A stretch of DNA of 64,000 nt from Leptogorgia sarmentosa (taxonomy: Eukaryota), in contig OZ210884.1 of assembly GCA_964658305.1 (NCBI GenBank), positions 4,588,001 through 4,652,000 of the forward strand, written 5' to 3'. The notes under the pieces are model-generated. The model was given only the letters and a program-made list of their open reading frames with translations. It had not been told where the DNA came from and made no database searches. Positions 25,701 through 38,960 of the stretch are shown piece after piece (position 1 is the stretch's first letter; each line of letters opens with the position of its first letter). The position numbers and the translations under genes were made by a program.

Positions 25701-28700
25701 GTTATTAATTACTGTTTAAATTTTGAGATTTCCTGTCATTGGAGTCAGAATTCACTGTTTGCATAAGCGCATCTGTTTAGCGTTAACGCATTGACTATAG
25801 CGCTTTCTAGAGATTGAGACCATCTCCGTGATTAATATAAAGTCTAAAACTACGAATATTTCTATGATACTAAGGAGTTTTTTGCTATTTGAATTGGTTG
25901 CATGATAGAAAGATTCACAAAAAAAATATCAAGACTAACAGATATTGATCTATTAATTCATGCGTCATATAATTAGCTAGCTCGAACGATTTGAAATTTC
26001 GATAAATTTTTTCTCAAGTAACAAAAGATATAATGTCATACATTGGTGATCATGGGGATATTAAATTGTGTGAAACCATAGCAACTATTCTTACCGGCAC
26101 CTGCAGAGCACTTTCTGCAACCACCTACAAAGCAGATAGGTATGAGAAATTTTTAATGCATCTTAAAAGCACAAGAATTTTATCAGTAAATTTAAAAACA
26201 GTCTTTCTATAAACTACTTAGCAATTGGATTACGAACACGAGTTTCTATGAGGTGATATCAGAATCAGAGATCAAACACAAAAATAATGTAGAAAAAATA
26301 AGTTGAAAATGCGTCTCAAAGGAATTTTCTTTAATGAAAATTCACATGTTTTGCTACTCGCTTTTTTGGGGACACCCTGTACTCGGTGTATGGTAGTAGC
26401 TATCACAAGCAATATAACAAAATTTCCAATTGGCCCTGGAACCTGTTGATTGTTTTTTACTACAAAAGAAATACTGAAAAAAGTATTGGTACCTCTTTCT
26501 CCGATTGTTTGCACAACTGGGCAGAAGTAACTCATCTTTGGCGGACGCAGAATTTCGCCATCAGCTAAAATAAAAAATCTATTAACACCATAATTTTTAT
26601 AAGCTGTAATTATTGAAATGAACAAATTTGAACTGCATGGTAGAGCACCCAGCCAGATTACAATGTTGTGCGAATCCATGTCCTTATATTTAATGTAGCT
26701 ATAACTTTATATTAATATAATTATATTGTAGATAATTATTTATACCGATAATTACAACGACAAGAATCTAATTGGCTTATTTGATAAGAATCTACATGGT
26801 GAAAAATATCGCAAACCGAAAAATTGCATGATTGTGACCTTTCAGTCTTGCTATTATCATTAGGCTCAAACAATTGTTGGAAAATTGCAGCAATTCTAGA
26901 GCCAGAATAAATCTCTTCGTTGAAGAATAGGTGTAATACAATGATAATCATTGTTGAATTTTGTCATCGCTGCTGGTGAAATAATAGACTAATTAAAATC
27001 GAGTAGTACGCCGTCAAATACGACCTGAAAATGGCTTTAACATGACGTGGCATACAGGTGCTCACATACGTTATTAGACACCTTCATTTTGATGAAGATT
27101 TTCCCTAAACAGGACACCAGCATAAATTAATTTTTACTTTTCCGACATCAAATGTTTCCAATGATTAAAAAATTCCAATTTGAAGATGGTAGATCCGCAG
27201 ACAAATGTCATAGAAAATGCCAATTTGCATGGTCCATATTCTGTATCCATTCATGCTGTATTTGAATACCGATAATTTAAACGAAACGTTTTTCGCAGGT
27301 GTTTTCAAGTTGTTCGCTTAATATATAGTTTCATATTGTCATGCTTGGATCAGTGAACCTTTGTGCCGGTGAAGAGATTACCAGTTCTTAAAATTCTAGC
27401 CTTAATTTCCATAGATTATTTGGTTTCGTTCAGTATTGCATTGGGGGAACTACTTTTGTACGTCGTTTGATGCTAAATGATTATCAGAACAAATAGGTAT
27501 ACCAGCGTTCCAAAATGAACTAGGAGATGCAATGAAAGAAATAATTAAATCCTTAATTAAGCTAAGCTTTTATTTTACCTCTGTTTTGACAATTTGATCC
27601 ATTGTATCTCGCTGAACAGTTACATTTTAACTTTCCATTCTCATCGATACACTTTCCATGGTGTAAGCATACAACATCGTCACAACTGTTAACTATAGGG
27701 CGTTAAAAAAAATGAAATTATTGCTTCGTAGCTACAGTATATCTTGTCTGGAATTGAATTTTAAGTTCTTGGCTAGGTAATAAAATGGATATTAAAGCGT
27801 TATTGACCGAGCGTGAGGTCTGTACTGTGAAATATCGGTAATACCACGGTCCGGATAGGGGTTTTTACGGACCGCTTGTCAACCAATCAGAATAGAGAAT
27901 TTGGAAAAGCCATATAATAAAAGATAATAGCGAATAGTTTAGGTAGCTATAGATGATAATCATGTCAGGCCTAACCATACATTTTGCTTGCGGGATATGA
28001 TTAATTCAGTACAATGCTCCAGTTGTAGCGAGCAAACTAATGAATTAAGTGTAGAGTGCCAAAACACGCATGAAGGTTTTAACGCGTATAGTGAGAGCCG
28101 GATGATGTGCAAAAAAATGCAGATTGGATTTCAATGAAATAGTATCGGAAAGCAAAACAGGGTGAGGCACATTCCCCATTAAGATACCTTTTCCTGAACA
28201 ATCTTCTCCAGCAAATCCAGGTGGACAAAAGCACGTTGCACTTCCATCTTTATCGGTCCAGCACATTTGTGATTTGGCGCAAGGATTTCTAACACATTTA
28301 TCTAAAGATACATTCACAAAACATTTAACTATATAAAAGCACATACTGTATATGTGTTAAAATGTATTAAAAGATATATATTTTAATTATGTATTTTTGC
28401 AAAAATAGAGCTGCATGTATAGCTAACTATGATAATATTTTTCAGTGTGGTAAGTGATTCCTCAAACATTTGGGTGAAAATCGTTTTTGTCGAGTACCTT
28501 CCAAATCTGTGGATATGTCTTGTTCACAAGGAAATTCTAGCAAGATAAATTACAATAAGAATGTAGGACAACTACATGCCTGTAATATGCTTTCATAATC
28601 AAGGATGGAGACACGTGTTACTATACGTATACCAGTTTATGCCTTTTAAAACAGCGATGTTTTTGCTTTGCACCTTTACGTACCTATAATTTCGCAGTTC

Positions 28701-31700
28701 TCTCCAGAGTAACCCGCTCCACAAGAACACGTATAGGAACCTCCGTCATTTTTACAAAGGCCACCATGTTCACATGGATGGTCATCACATGTGACTATAC
28801 GTGTATGTAACACAAAGTAAAAAAGTATATTGAAAATTTTTCATTCAGTAGGTTTTTAGCTTACCGACATGCGTCGTTCAAACTTGAAAATTTCCATTTA
28901 CCTTTGAATTCACAATATTCTCCTGTATACTTCTTGCCACATGAACATTTTACTTTTCCAGCAACCATTTCGCACTTTCCTTCATTACAAGTTTTGCTGG
29001 AGCAGTTGGTAACTAAAGATTTCAGTGTCAAATTTTTAAGTGAATAAAGGACCGTGCTCAATGAATTTTGCATTATGACAAATTAGAAAAGTATTCTGTA
29101 GCCTGTAGGTAGCAAAAAGAAAATAAAGTAGGGGTGAAGATCCTACAAATATGATCTGCCTAAGAAAGCTATTTAATTTAAAATATCCGGGCAGTAAAAT
29201 TTCGACAGAATTCTTGAAAGTACTAAAGTATAAAAGTATTTCTCTAGAGTCAATGGCAAAAACACAAGAGTATATTGTTGAATTACTTGCTACTTGGCAT
29301 CGATTTCCAGTAAATCCTTCTTTACATATACACTGAATGTTGCCAATTGAGTTAGTTGTGCAAAATCCGCCATTCGTACAGGGACTTGATGTGCATTTAT
29401 CTACATTAATTCAAGATTCGCATCAGACTCAAGCGCATTTTCTAATAAACCTAAATGTACTGTATAATACTCAAATAAATTCGCTCTTCCACCTAGCAAC
29501 CGCTGGGCTAAAAGAGCTGCTAGCTCCTTATATCGTTTCTCCTCATCACAAACATGTCTCAGTGTAAAGAACAAGCAGGTTTAGGAGCCCTTCAAAGGCA
29601 ACGCGTACGTACGGAAGCAATCCAGGGCAGGGGGACAGCATCTTGAAAAGGGGCAATTTGCTTTACTTTGGCAAATAAGCCGAACTGACTCTCTTTATAA
29701 AAACTATAATTGAGATATAGACTGCCATGGAAAGATCATGCTTTCGGCAAAATTCTACATAAATTCAGTAGCGCATATAATAATAAAAAAATTCTGGGGA
29801 GGGAGGTTGCATGGCTAGGCAATATTTTCTACAGAACCTGTATCATCACATTTAGGGCCAAGAAACCCAGTGTCTGTGCAATCGCAAGAACATCTCCCAG
29901 TATTGTTATCTGGTCGGCATTGTCCACCGTGATGACAAGGATTTGAAAGGCAAGGATCTATGAAAAATATAAAATAATATTATATACGGCTTACTGGCGC
30001 TGAATAAATGGTACCTTATGTCATGGTCTCTTCAAATAGTTGAGTACACGAGAAAAAAAATCTGCTGCATTGCATCATGGGCACATGACGAAATGCATGT
30101 CAATAAATAAAGTTGGTAGGTTTTGAGTAACATCGCGTTTTGGTTTTTATGGCAGGAACCAACCAAGAATTGAGCTTCAATTTGACTGTCAGAGATTGTA
30201 TAACAATTATAATTTCGTTTGAGCATCACATGCTGTATTTATACCAGAATCCCTTATCATTCATATTTTCAAAATTATTTTTCTGTTGCTTGAAAGTGTA
30301 TAGTCAAATATTTTGTTTATTTTCTCACAACGTAGTCGGCTGCAGTTTAATTAGCTTATACACATGGAAGCCTAATTTGAATAGGAAGGGTAATAAAAAA
30401 GGATCAAATTATACAAACAAGTGCTAAGACGAAGCGACACATTAAATACGAAACATTGGAATTCTAGATTAAAATTTACAACATTTTCATTCTTTCGAAC
30501 TGCGTGCAGCGATTGCATGTCTTACCTACAAATTCACAGAAGTAGCCAACGTAACCATGGTAACAGTCACACTTGTATTTTCCTACATCATTCATCTGAA
30601 TGCAAGTGCCATTCATACATGGTGTTACTGACGAACATGGACCTTAAAGTAATTACAATCTAATCTAAGTGAAACTGTATAGGCGTACGTAGACTCGTAC
30701 AGGGAAGACTTGCGTAGCTGGCGTTTCTGCCTCGCTAGGCGCTAGTGCATTTTGTTAGACAAAGGCCAGGATAGTAAAATAGCATGCACGGCCGAAAGGT
30801 TTGCAATTTAAACTTTTTGTTCCTTTCTTCTTCCCTATATTTCCATTCATTCGAGGTGTCTGTATGTGATAAATAATCATTGGAGTTTTTTCACTCATGA
30901 TTAAACGGATTTATTAATTCATTCCATATCTAACCAATCAAGCCATGTGCCGCTTGTGGCCACCAAGGGGGAAATTGTGCATGTTTACCTGGAAATTGAC
31001 AAGTCTCGCCAATTGTGTTTAGCGGGCAACGACAATGGTGTAATTTTGGATCATGTTCATCATTCACACATCTTGACATTGGTCCTTTGCAAGTAATGTT
31101 ATGGCATGGACCTGAACAAAGTATTAGTTTAATCTTATAATGCAATAATGAGGGCCCTGAAGGGGTTAAAAGGGAACTGGTATTTGAGGCTAGGACCAGG
31201 ACTAGGACGGGCTTTGTGCTCTTGAGTTCTAGGATTTAGCCGATATTTGGGCTGGAAAATGGGCAGAGGAACCCCCCTTCAAGACCCTCAATAATTACCA
31301 TACATGTTCAACAGTAGTCGAACAGCAAGTAATAGATCATTAAGTCGGTTTTTAGAGTCTCCAAGTCCAACACCACATGAGAACGCTGCAAGTAGCTAAA
31401 CGACTTAGAATTACATACGTATTGTCTCAAAAAAAGGTAATTCAACTTTGGTGTGTCTTGTGCATTATACTTTGCCCGAATTCGAGCAAGTATCAGCCAG
31501 TTGAAAATTGCCTGTACTGTATGTCGCATATAATCGTATATTTTCACCGTTAAGAATTACGACTGTGTGAGCCTGCTGAAAATTTAATATTTCCTCGGGG
31601 ATTAAAAAATGACGAAGTTCACTTCAATAAACAGCTTGAATATATATAACTATTACCATCCCTAGCTATCAGGGTTGCCAGAAATTGTGAATAAATTAGC

Positions 31701-34700
31701 CAAACTTTGAACAATGTTCCTTGTTTTTCTTTGCGTTTATCTTTTGCTTTCATTCTTAAAGGTGTTAATGACGGTTTGGCTAATTTATTAACGCTTTCTG
31801 GAACTTCTGCTCGCTAGCTATATTTTTAGCTGCGAGCTATGTACCATATAGCACAGGCTCTTGTTATTGGCTGGTTTCAAATTAATTTTCAAACTTCTCC
31901 CTCAATGCAATGTACTTCGGTCCGGGCTTCAGAATGTTTTGTTTTCACATACCTTCGATGCAAGAGCTTCCATTAGCCGCAAGAACATAACCTGTTTTAC
32001 ATCGCAAATCGTACGATCCGAGTGTGTTCACACATTTAATATTCTCGTCATCCAATTCAGAACATTCGTCAAAATCTGAACAAAATTGGGAAAAAAGGGC
32101 CAGATCAGATATTACTGGAAATGAATGTCTAGAGTATGAGAACCTTTTCTTGCAAATAGCCAAACTAGCGTATGCGAAGCAGTTAACGTTCAACAGGTGA
32201 CGTTCAATGTAGCTATAACATAGACTCGTTGTAAATAACCATCTATCGCAGTGCGCGGATTAAAAATGTGCTGTATAACGATTAATGCATGGAGTTTCTG
32301 GTAACTGGCCATTTTTCTAGCATATTTCCAGTGATAAAAAATCTTTGTTGCTGTATAGGTTTTGGACTAGCTATTATCAAAAGAAATCTGTCCGGCAGAC
32401 CATGAACATGAACACTGCGGTAATATATATATCTCAATTGTGTATGTGATTGGTCTATTGGGCTATGGTGTTTTGTTATAGGAAGATAGTTTGCGAGATT
32501 TCTAACTTTGTTATAGCATATAATAATTAAAACACAATCGCTTGGGAGCTAACACGTTTTATTATACCTGTACAACTTTCTCCATTGCCGGTATAGCCAT
32601 TCGCACATTGACATTCGTAATGGCCATTAATATGCACACATCGCGCATTTTCATGACATTTCGTGCACACATTAATATCTAAGAAAAATAATTATATTCA
32701 GATTTTTGGCTTGCTTTAGTTCTTGTTCATTGGAGACAGGGACGTAGGAAGTAGGAACGAAGGGCGTAGGCAAAGAAGCCAAGTAAAAAGGACGAGTTTG
32801 AACTCCGAAATGGACATATTCGGCGATCTAGAGACCTTGCATGTTCAAAATTTTCTCGCTCGGTAACTTCACGTGATATCTATTTATTCCATAATTTTTT
32901 TTAATGTCGCCTATGCATTAGTCCTTTCATTAGCATATTTCAAATCCCCAAATTAAGAAATTACAGTTTTTCGTTGCTCAACAGTTTATAGACCAATATA
33001 CAGAAACTAAATTAGAATGAAATGTGGATGTGCGGAAATCTGAAACTTATTTCGGGGTTTACAAGAATATGAGATGTGAAATGATCGTTAATAATCTCTC
33101 ATGTAAAATTATAATTTTAAAAACATCAATGTAGCGCTACTCTATTATACAAGGTTAACACTACCTTTGAAGTAGTGTGTATGGCTAATTTGACTGGGCA
33201 AGATTCACTGAATCTTTAAAGCAGCGGCCTATACTTTTAGCCAATCAAGATTAACTGGCGCATGCGGGGCGAAATAAAATTACTTCACATACAGTATGAT
33301 TAGTATCGTTTAGCCCTCACGCAGTTTATTATTTACCACAGTGCATGATCAAACCAATGATAAACTTTTATATACCTTCACAGTTTTCTTTGTCTGAATC
33401 ACATGTGCCTTCGGATGAACGACCGGATATGAACGAAGCAATTCTCACAAAACCTGAAAAAGAAACAACCTGAATTGTTCAATCGCGTTAAAGGTCGACT
33501 AATGTGTGTGATATAAATGCACCAAATAGTTTTTGGCTGCTAAATGCATTCTGTACCTCCCATGAGCCACCTTGTTTTTATAATTTCCATAGAAATTAAA
33601 ACCGATAGCTACATAGTTCCAGTTCTTATTCCCTGAATGTCGCGTGAATATCAACCTGGTATTTCCACAGCTCCAAAATTTGCTGCTCGGTCGGTAGCAT
33701 CTTTGTTGTATGATTGGATAAGTTTACAATACCGAATAATACAATAATTTGTTGCTAACAAGACGTTAATATTTCCAATTGTGGTAATATATGTTAGTAT
33801 ATGATTATAAGATTTTTTGCTGAAATTTATGAATATCTTCGGGTTGCAAATCATGTTCAAATGATGCCATGGAGGAGTTAGACACCCTTGAATGCGAGTC
33901 TGCGTCGATATATCATGCGTATAATATGATATACATGGCTATGATTGGAATTCACAATACAAGGTCACAAAGTTCAGAAACAATTCAAAATAAAGATTCA
34001 ATCCATTTGTGAAGGAGGGCTAAAATGGCAACTATAGGGCTGAAACGTACACTATTTACTATTAGAGTCGCTTTGAAGGAGCCAAAACCGGCCTAAATCT
34101 GAGGGCTATTTCGCTCCAAGGGGCTGATTTAAAATGCGAGGGACTAAATTGGAAAATGAGGGAGTCGTTATAGCAAGTAGGGTCGAATAGTTTAATTTGT
34201 AAAGATAAAAGGACTCGTACATGTTGTTTAAGATTTGCCAGGTTAAAACGGCTGTTGGGTAGGGCCAAAACAGCTTCAGTCATTAAGAGGCTGAAATTTA
34301 ATTTGGGGTCGTTAGAAAAAGAGCCTTTTTACAATTTACGTACATGCATAAATTTGCACATGTGTAGTGTTTATACATTCAATTTCCGCACAGTAGGATA
34401 TATCCGTTTGTTGTTAACTGATTGCAGCTAGAAAGTTAAACACACGACGGCTGCATAGAGCCCTCAATCCCTGATTTAGCTATCTTTCAGCCAATAAAAC
34501 TTACACCGAAGTAGGTTACACCGTAATCCCTACGCTGTAGTATAAAATTCATCACAAAATTCATCGTTGTGCCGGTGCGCATGCAACTTGAAAATTCAAA
34601 AAGTTAATTGTTTACATAATCCTATATCTGCATGTTGAAGAAACTCTTCTGGTGTACCAACCAGATACATTTCATACAGAAATATAAATTCTACTCTATT

Positions 34701-34895
34701 TTTTCTCCCAACTGGAGTTGGAATGAATTGGTGGCTATTTTTAAACTAATATTAGTGGTTGCGCGTGCATGCATCTAGCTCCCGTTGTCAAACGGATACT
34801 AACAATACGATATCATGCGACTCACCAGTGCAGTCAGTCAAATTAAGTGATAATCCAACCAAACAAACAAGTAGTTTCATTGATAACGGTGACAT
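16975..34895 (-). CDS. Predicted secreted protein: signal peptide + 10 EGF repeats + Cys-rich linker + VioB/RebD-like ferritin-fold enzyme (~1463 aa, 23 exons)
   Basis: Hand-spliced exons: 34895-34826, 33453-33376, 32678-32568, 32075-31953, 31111-30989, 30642-30526, 29957-29838, 29400-29287, 29012-28902, 28794-28684, 28301-28188, 27692-27579, 26124-26095, 24823-24791, 24113-24072, 23472-23428, 23207-23118, 22704-22441, 21773-21025, 20339-19244, 18814-18402, 17833-17637, 17101-16975. All junctions are GT-AG, the total is 4392 nt, and the frame stays open. The EGF block has no stop codon of its own. The join through the micro-exons is the least certain part. Confidence 0.72.
24426..24474. repeat. 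Short interstitial telomere-like (CCCTAA)n tract
   Basis: About 8 copies of ccctaa, one imperfect (cccata), inside an intron. Confidence 0.85.
27579..34895 (-). CDS. Signal peptide and tandem EGF-like exons; N-terminal part of the gene above
   Basis: MSPLSMKLLVCLVGLSLNLTDCTG is followed by ten 111-123-bp phase 1-1 exons, each one EGF-like module. Examples: DINVCTKCHENARCVHINGHYECQCANGYTGNGESCT, DPCLSNPCHHGGQC..CDCTDTGFLGPKC, DKCTSSPCTNGGFC..CICKEGFTGNRC. Confidence 0.9.
31150..31289. mobile_element. Small MITE-like insertion with imperfect TIRs
   Basis: gagggccctgaagggg ... ccccttcaagaccctc form an imperfect inverted pair, with aataat repeated directly on both flanks (candidate TSD). Confidence 0.55.
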
Positions 34896-36951
34896 TGCAA
34901 ATTTGAAAGCAAGAATTCAGTGCCTCAAATTTGTTATCCACTGTGATACGTTATGGAAATGAAAGTACCTTATATTTGGATAGGTGCTCAGTAATTCAAG
35001 AGTTTTTATGACGTGTGTATGTATGTTGATTGACGTATCTATGTCAAGGAAGTTACAAATGACTTGGAGTGAGAGTATCTCCAAGTAAGTTAGCTCAGAC
35101 TAAAGGGGCGTGATCATGAAGACTTTATGCGTATAGATGACATTTCGGGCGAGCCGAGCGGTTTTGACTAAAACCCGGTGTCCAAGGGAACAAATCCTAT
35201 CGTCTTCGTGGCTATGCTGGTCATCAAATCTTTATCCCATTCGATTCCCATTTTTATTTGGGGTTTTTTATGAGTTCCAATCCCAGTGCATTAAATCCCA
35301 TTTTCCCAGGCCCTTTTGGCAAATCTCATCAGTTCCCATTCTACTCCTGCAGCACCCTCTAGGTGCTTGAACGTTTACGGTCTGGTAGCAAACGGCTATT
35401 CTATGATCGTGTTAAAAGAATATTTGCAAGCCAAAAATAAGTTTTGTTTGTAAACGAATCCGCAAATTATTTCGAATTTTAATTCCTTTAAATCTTGAGT
35501 AATTTTGCCCGACATTTCCTTATTTCTTGCCCCGCGGAAGTGTATCGTTTCATCTCACCGCCGACGACGGTAGGTCACGCGCCTGATGATGAGTTCTCTA
35601 GTCCTAGCTGTCTTTTTAATTCTTGATATTGTATGAGTCTTCCATGGCTCCCCCGTATTTTGAAATCTCAATTGGAACAATCGCAGTGCCACGACACAGG
35701 ACGCGCACTATTGCCTATACCGTAATAGAAAATCTCTGGATTATCACTGAGTACTAATCCGCCAAATCTGCGGGTATAGTCGTCGATTCCTCACGGAGGA
35801 AGAGCCCTAAACCGAAGGAGAGACCCTCGTGCAAATATTAAGAATGTGACATCATCCAGGGTGGGGGGGGGGGGTGATTCCCTATGTGATCGATGCGTCA
35901 CTACAGCAGTATTACGGTTATAACCTTTAAAATGCCTTTATGCAGATACTAAAGCGCATTTCATCCTGTCTATAGTAATGGGTTTCCCTCGTGAAATATA
36001 TATAAACGAATACATCCATCCAGTCCGTTATGCAGCTCACGCACACACGTGACGTATTTTCATACTGACATTTTTTTATTGCAGAATATTTTTCACCACC
36101 ACCTGTATGTTATTAAACATGAATTTGGTGTAAATACACGATTTATACTTGCACGAAATGTTTCGAAATGTTAGAGAAAATAGACGTTATTCCTAATAGA
36201 CTTGGAACAAAACCATTTTAAGACAAAATTCACTAGTATAGCTATATTCTTTTCTATCTAAAATTCGTTCTTAATTTGCATTAATAAAGATGAAAAAGTT
36301 TTCCGTTTACAAAGCTTTAACATTCTGGAATTAAACAGTGAATATATTGAATAATGCGATTGTAATTTGCAATGTTATACTTTATCAATAGTCTTTACTG
36401 TTGCTACCCTCTTATCTCAGTTATCTGACAACCTTGAACGTATATGCATGTAGCTGTATGTATGCATATGTACTGTAAGTGTGAAGTGTTGGAGAACTAT
36501 ATAATTAATACGTCGTAATGCATGGCCATGGTTATTAAGATACGGGAAAAAACGCAAAGCATTATTATTAAGTTTTTTTTCATTAATGTACTGTCAGAGG
36601 ACATCATTTACTTTCCAACTGAAAATCGATGGAGTTATTATTTTAAATTAATATTTAATGCGCGAAATTAAATTTGATGTCGATTTTTTGTATAAAGTGA
36701 ATATTTTATTGTGAACATCACATTTTATTGACATTAAAACGCCTGTCACAGGATTTAAATCGGCATGATTTTATTAAGTAGATTTTTTTTAATATTCTCG
36801 CCCACCAATCAATCTTTCGAAATTAGACATGCAATATTAAATGTTTGCTCAGAAAATTTTCGCATATTGAAATCTTCATAAATTGAACCGGAGATTGCTC
36901 ACAAACACCAAAACTGTATTGCCTTGCAAATAGGGAGGATTGTACACTACA

Positions 36952-38010
36952 ATGGATAGAAACATTAGCCGGCCGTTATCTTACAGCGTTGGGGCAGAAA
37001 AGCAATGGAATGACTATGTTGTCGCGACAATATTAACTTTGGTTTTGATATTTGGTCTCGCTGGGAACCTTTTGGTTGTTTGCTCTATTAAGAACCAGCC
37101 ACGGTTGCTAAGGAGCAACTACTATTACCTCGTTCAAATTTTAGCAGTGTGCGACATATTCCATCTGTTGACTGGGTTGAGAATGAACTACGAAAACTGG
37201 TCCCCCAAATGGCTGTTTACAAGTACAGTCGGTTGCAAAATTTGGTGTTATCTGGAGATGTTTTCTTGTACCTCCGGCATCCAAATTATGATTATCATTT
37301 GCATCTTTCGTTATCGTGCCATTTTAAAACCTTTAAACCCCCCTGTTTCTCAAAAGAAGTTAAGATTTATACCACTTATTCTCTTCGGTATCTTAACCAT
37401 CTATCTCATTCCTTACATTCTGTCTTATAAGTTTTCTCCATTAAAAGGATGCCACATGGAATGGTCAAACAACACCTTTCGCCTCATTTATACTTTTTTT
37501 TCCATTAACATTCATTATATACTGCCCGTTACAATCATGTCAGTGCTTTATTTCAAAATTTGCAAAGCTTTAATACAACAAACAAGGAAAATGGACTCTT
37601 ACGATGGGCAGCAATCACTTATCGAAGCCCACAAACACTCGCAAAGAGTTCGCCACCACCGCAATAAAAGGACTTTTATTGTGAGTGCTGTGAGCGTCGG
37701 GATTTTCGCTGTAGCTGTGCTACCTTTCGAAATATGGTGGATTTCCGATGCAAACGATTTTGGATGGTTCACAAACATTTACACGAGGAGTTTGTTTTAT
37801 GTTTCGTACATAATGGGTTCCTCTTCGGTTAACCCTTTGATCTATGGAGTGCTAGATCAGAAACTTGTCGAAGGGTTTAAACGATGCTTTCAAAAAACGA
37901 AAAGAGTAGCTGTAGTGGCAAGTGGTCAAATAATGGTGAAAATAAACGGAGCCAAATCTTTACATGACACAACGACCAAAGAAGAAGTAACACTTGAAAC
38001 ATGGAAATAA
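36952..38010 (+). CDS. Class A (rhodopsin-like) GPCR, neuropeptide-receptor-like, intronless
   Basis: Seven hydrophobic segments: GN in TM1 (GNLLV), LAVCD in TM2, CKIW at the start of TM3, FRY in place of DRY, YILP in TM5, LPF in TM6 and NPLIY in TM7. First ATG at 36952. Confidence 0.93.
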   Translation: MDRNISRPLSYSVGAEKQWNDYVVATILTLVLIFGLAGNLLVVCSIKNQPRLLRSNYYYLVQILAVCDIFHLLTGLRMNYENWSPKWLFTSTVGCKIWCYLEMFSCTSGIQIMIIICIFRYRAILKPLNPPVSQKKLRFIPLILFGILTIYLIPYILSYKFSPLKGCHMEWSNNTFRLIYTFFSINIHYILPVTIMSVLYFKICKALIQQTRKMDSYDGQQSLIEAHKHSQRVRHHRNKRTFIVSAVSVGIFAVAVLPFEIWWISDANDFGWFTNIYTRSLFYVSYIMGSSSVNPLIYGVLDQKLVEGFKRCFQKTKRVAVVASGQIMVKINGAKSLHDTTTKEEVTLETWK

Positions 38011-38960
38011 CGAACCCTTAGTTGTATAAATTATGTAATTGATTCGAACGCTTTAACTTTATTAATGGTAGTTGCAACAGAGATAACAGTGTTTAAATCT
38101 CGTGTATTTTAACAGTAGGTTTGAACCAATTTTGGCCAAGATTGGAGCAGAAATTTATTCCTATTAAATTATAGGCAGAACTTTTCACAGGGTAGTCCCT
38201 ATATATATATAGTCAGTATAAAAAATTAGATGTTAGCCGACAGTTTAGCAGCTGAATTTTAGAGCATAATGATAAATGATGATTAAAAAACACTGTTAGA
38301 ATTACAACGATGATTAAAAATCTCCTGCTGTCAAAATATATATGAATAGACAAACAAGCGTTATTCTTAAAATCATTGAATAAATATTTCCCATTAATGT
38401 AATGTTGCAAGTGATGTTTTGAATTTTTCAAATTATTTTTCAAAAAATATTATTTCCAATTTAGCGATCGATCCTCATAATACTCTTCAATGTAAGATAT
38501 AGGGTCATTATATTATAACGTTCCCCGTAATTATCATTATCAACGAAGATCCATAAGTCGATATGTTGGAACAGTTGATATGCTGGACTCTGGAGTGAAG
38601 CTGCTAGCTTCGCGGGTTTTTTTTCACTACGATACTTATACGTGTTTAATGACCAATGCTAAGATGCGTTCGATGATTCAATATATTTAGCTTACGCAAT
38701 TGTGTCGCAAAATAATTAAAATGATAAAACATTTAAGATGAGTTACAGTAAGTCCACATATTCCTGCTTCACTTTTTCTATTAATTTATTCGTTGTTATT
38801 TGAATACAAGCACATTCCTTTCGATATAAATATAAAAAAAGGATAATTAATAACACAATATATATTTAACCTTGTCAGTTTTATTGTTTCATAGTTGGTC
38901 ATATGATTTTAATTTATCTTTTTCGTTCATGTTGAAGTACCTTAAAACAATTCCTTCTGC

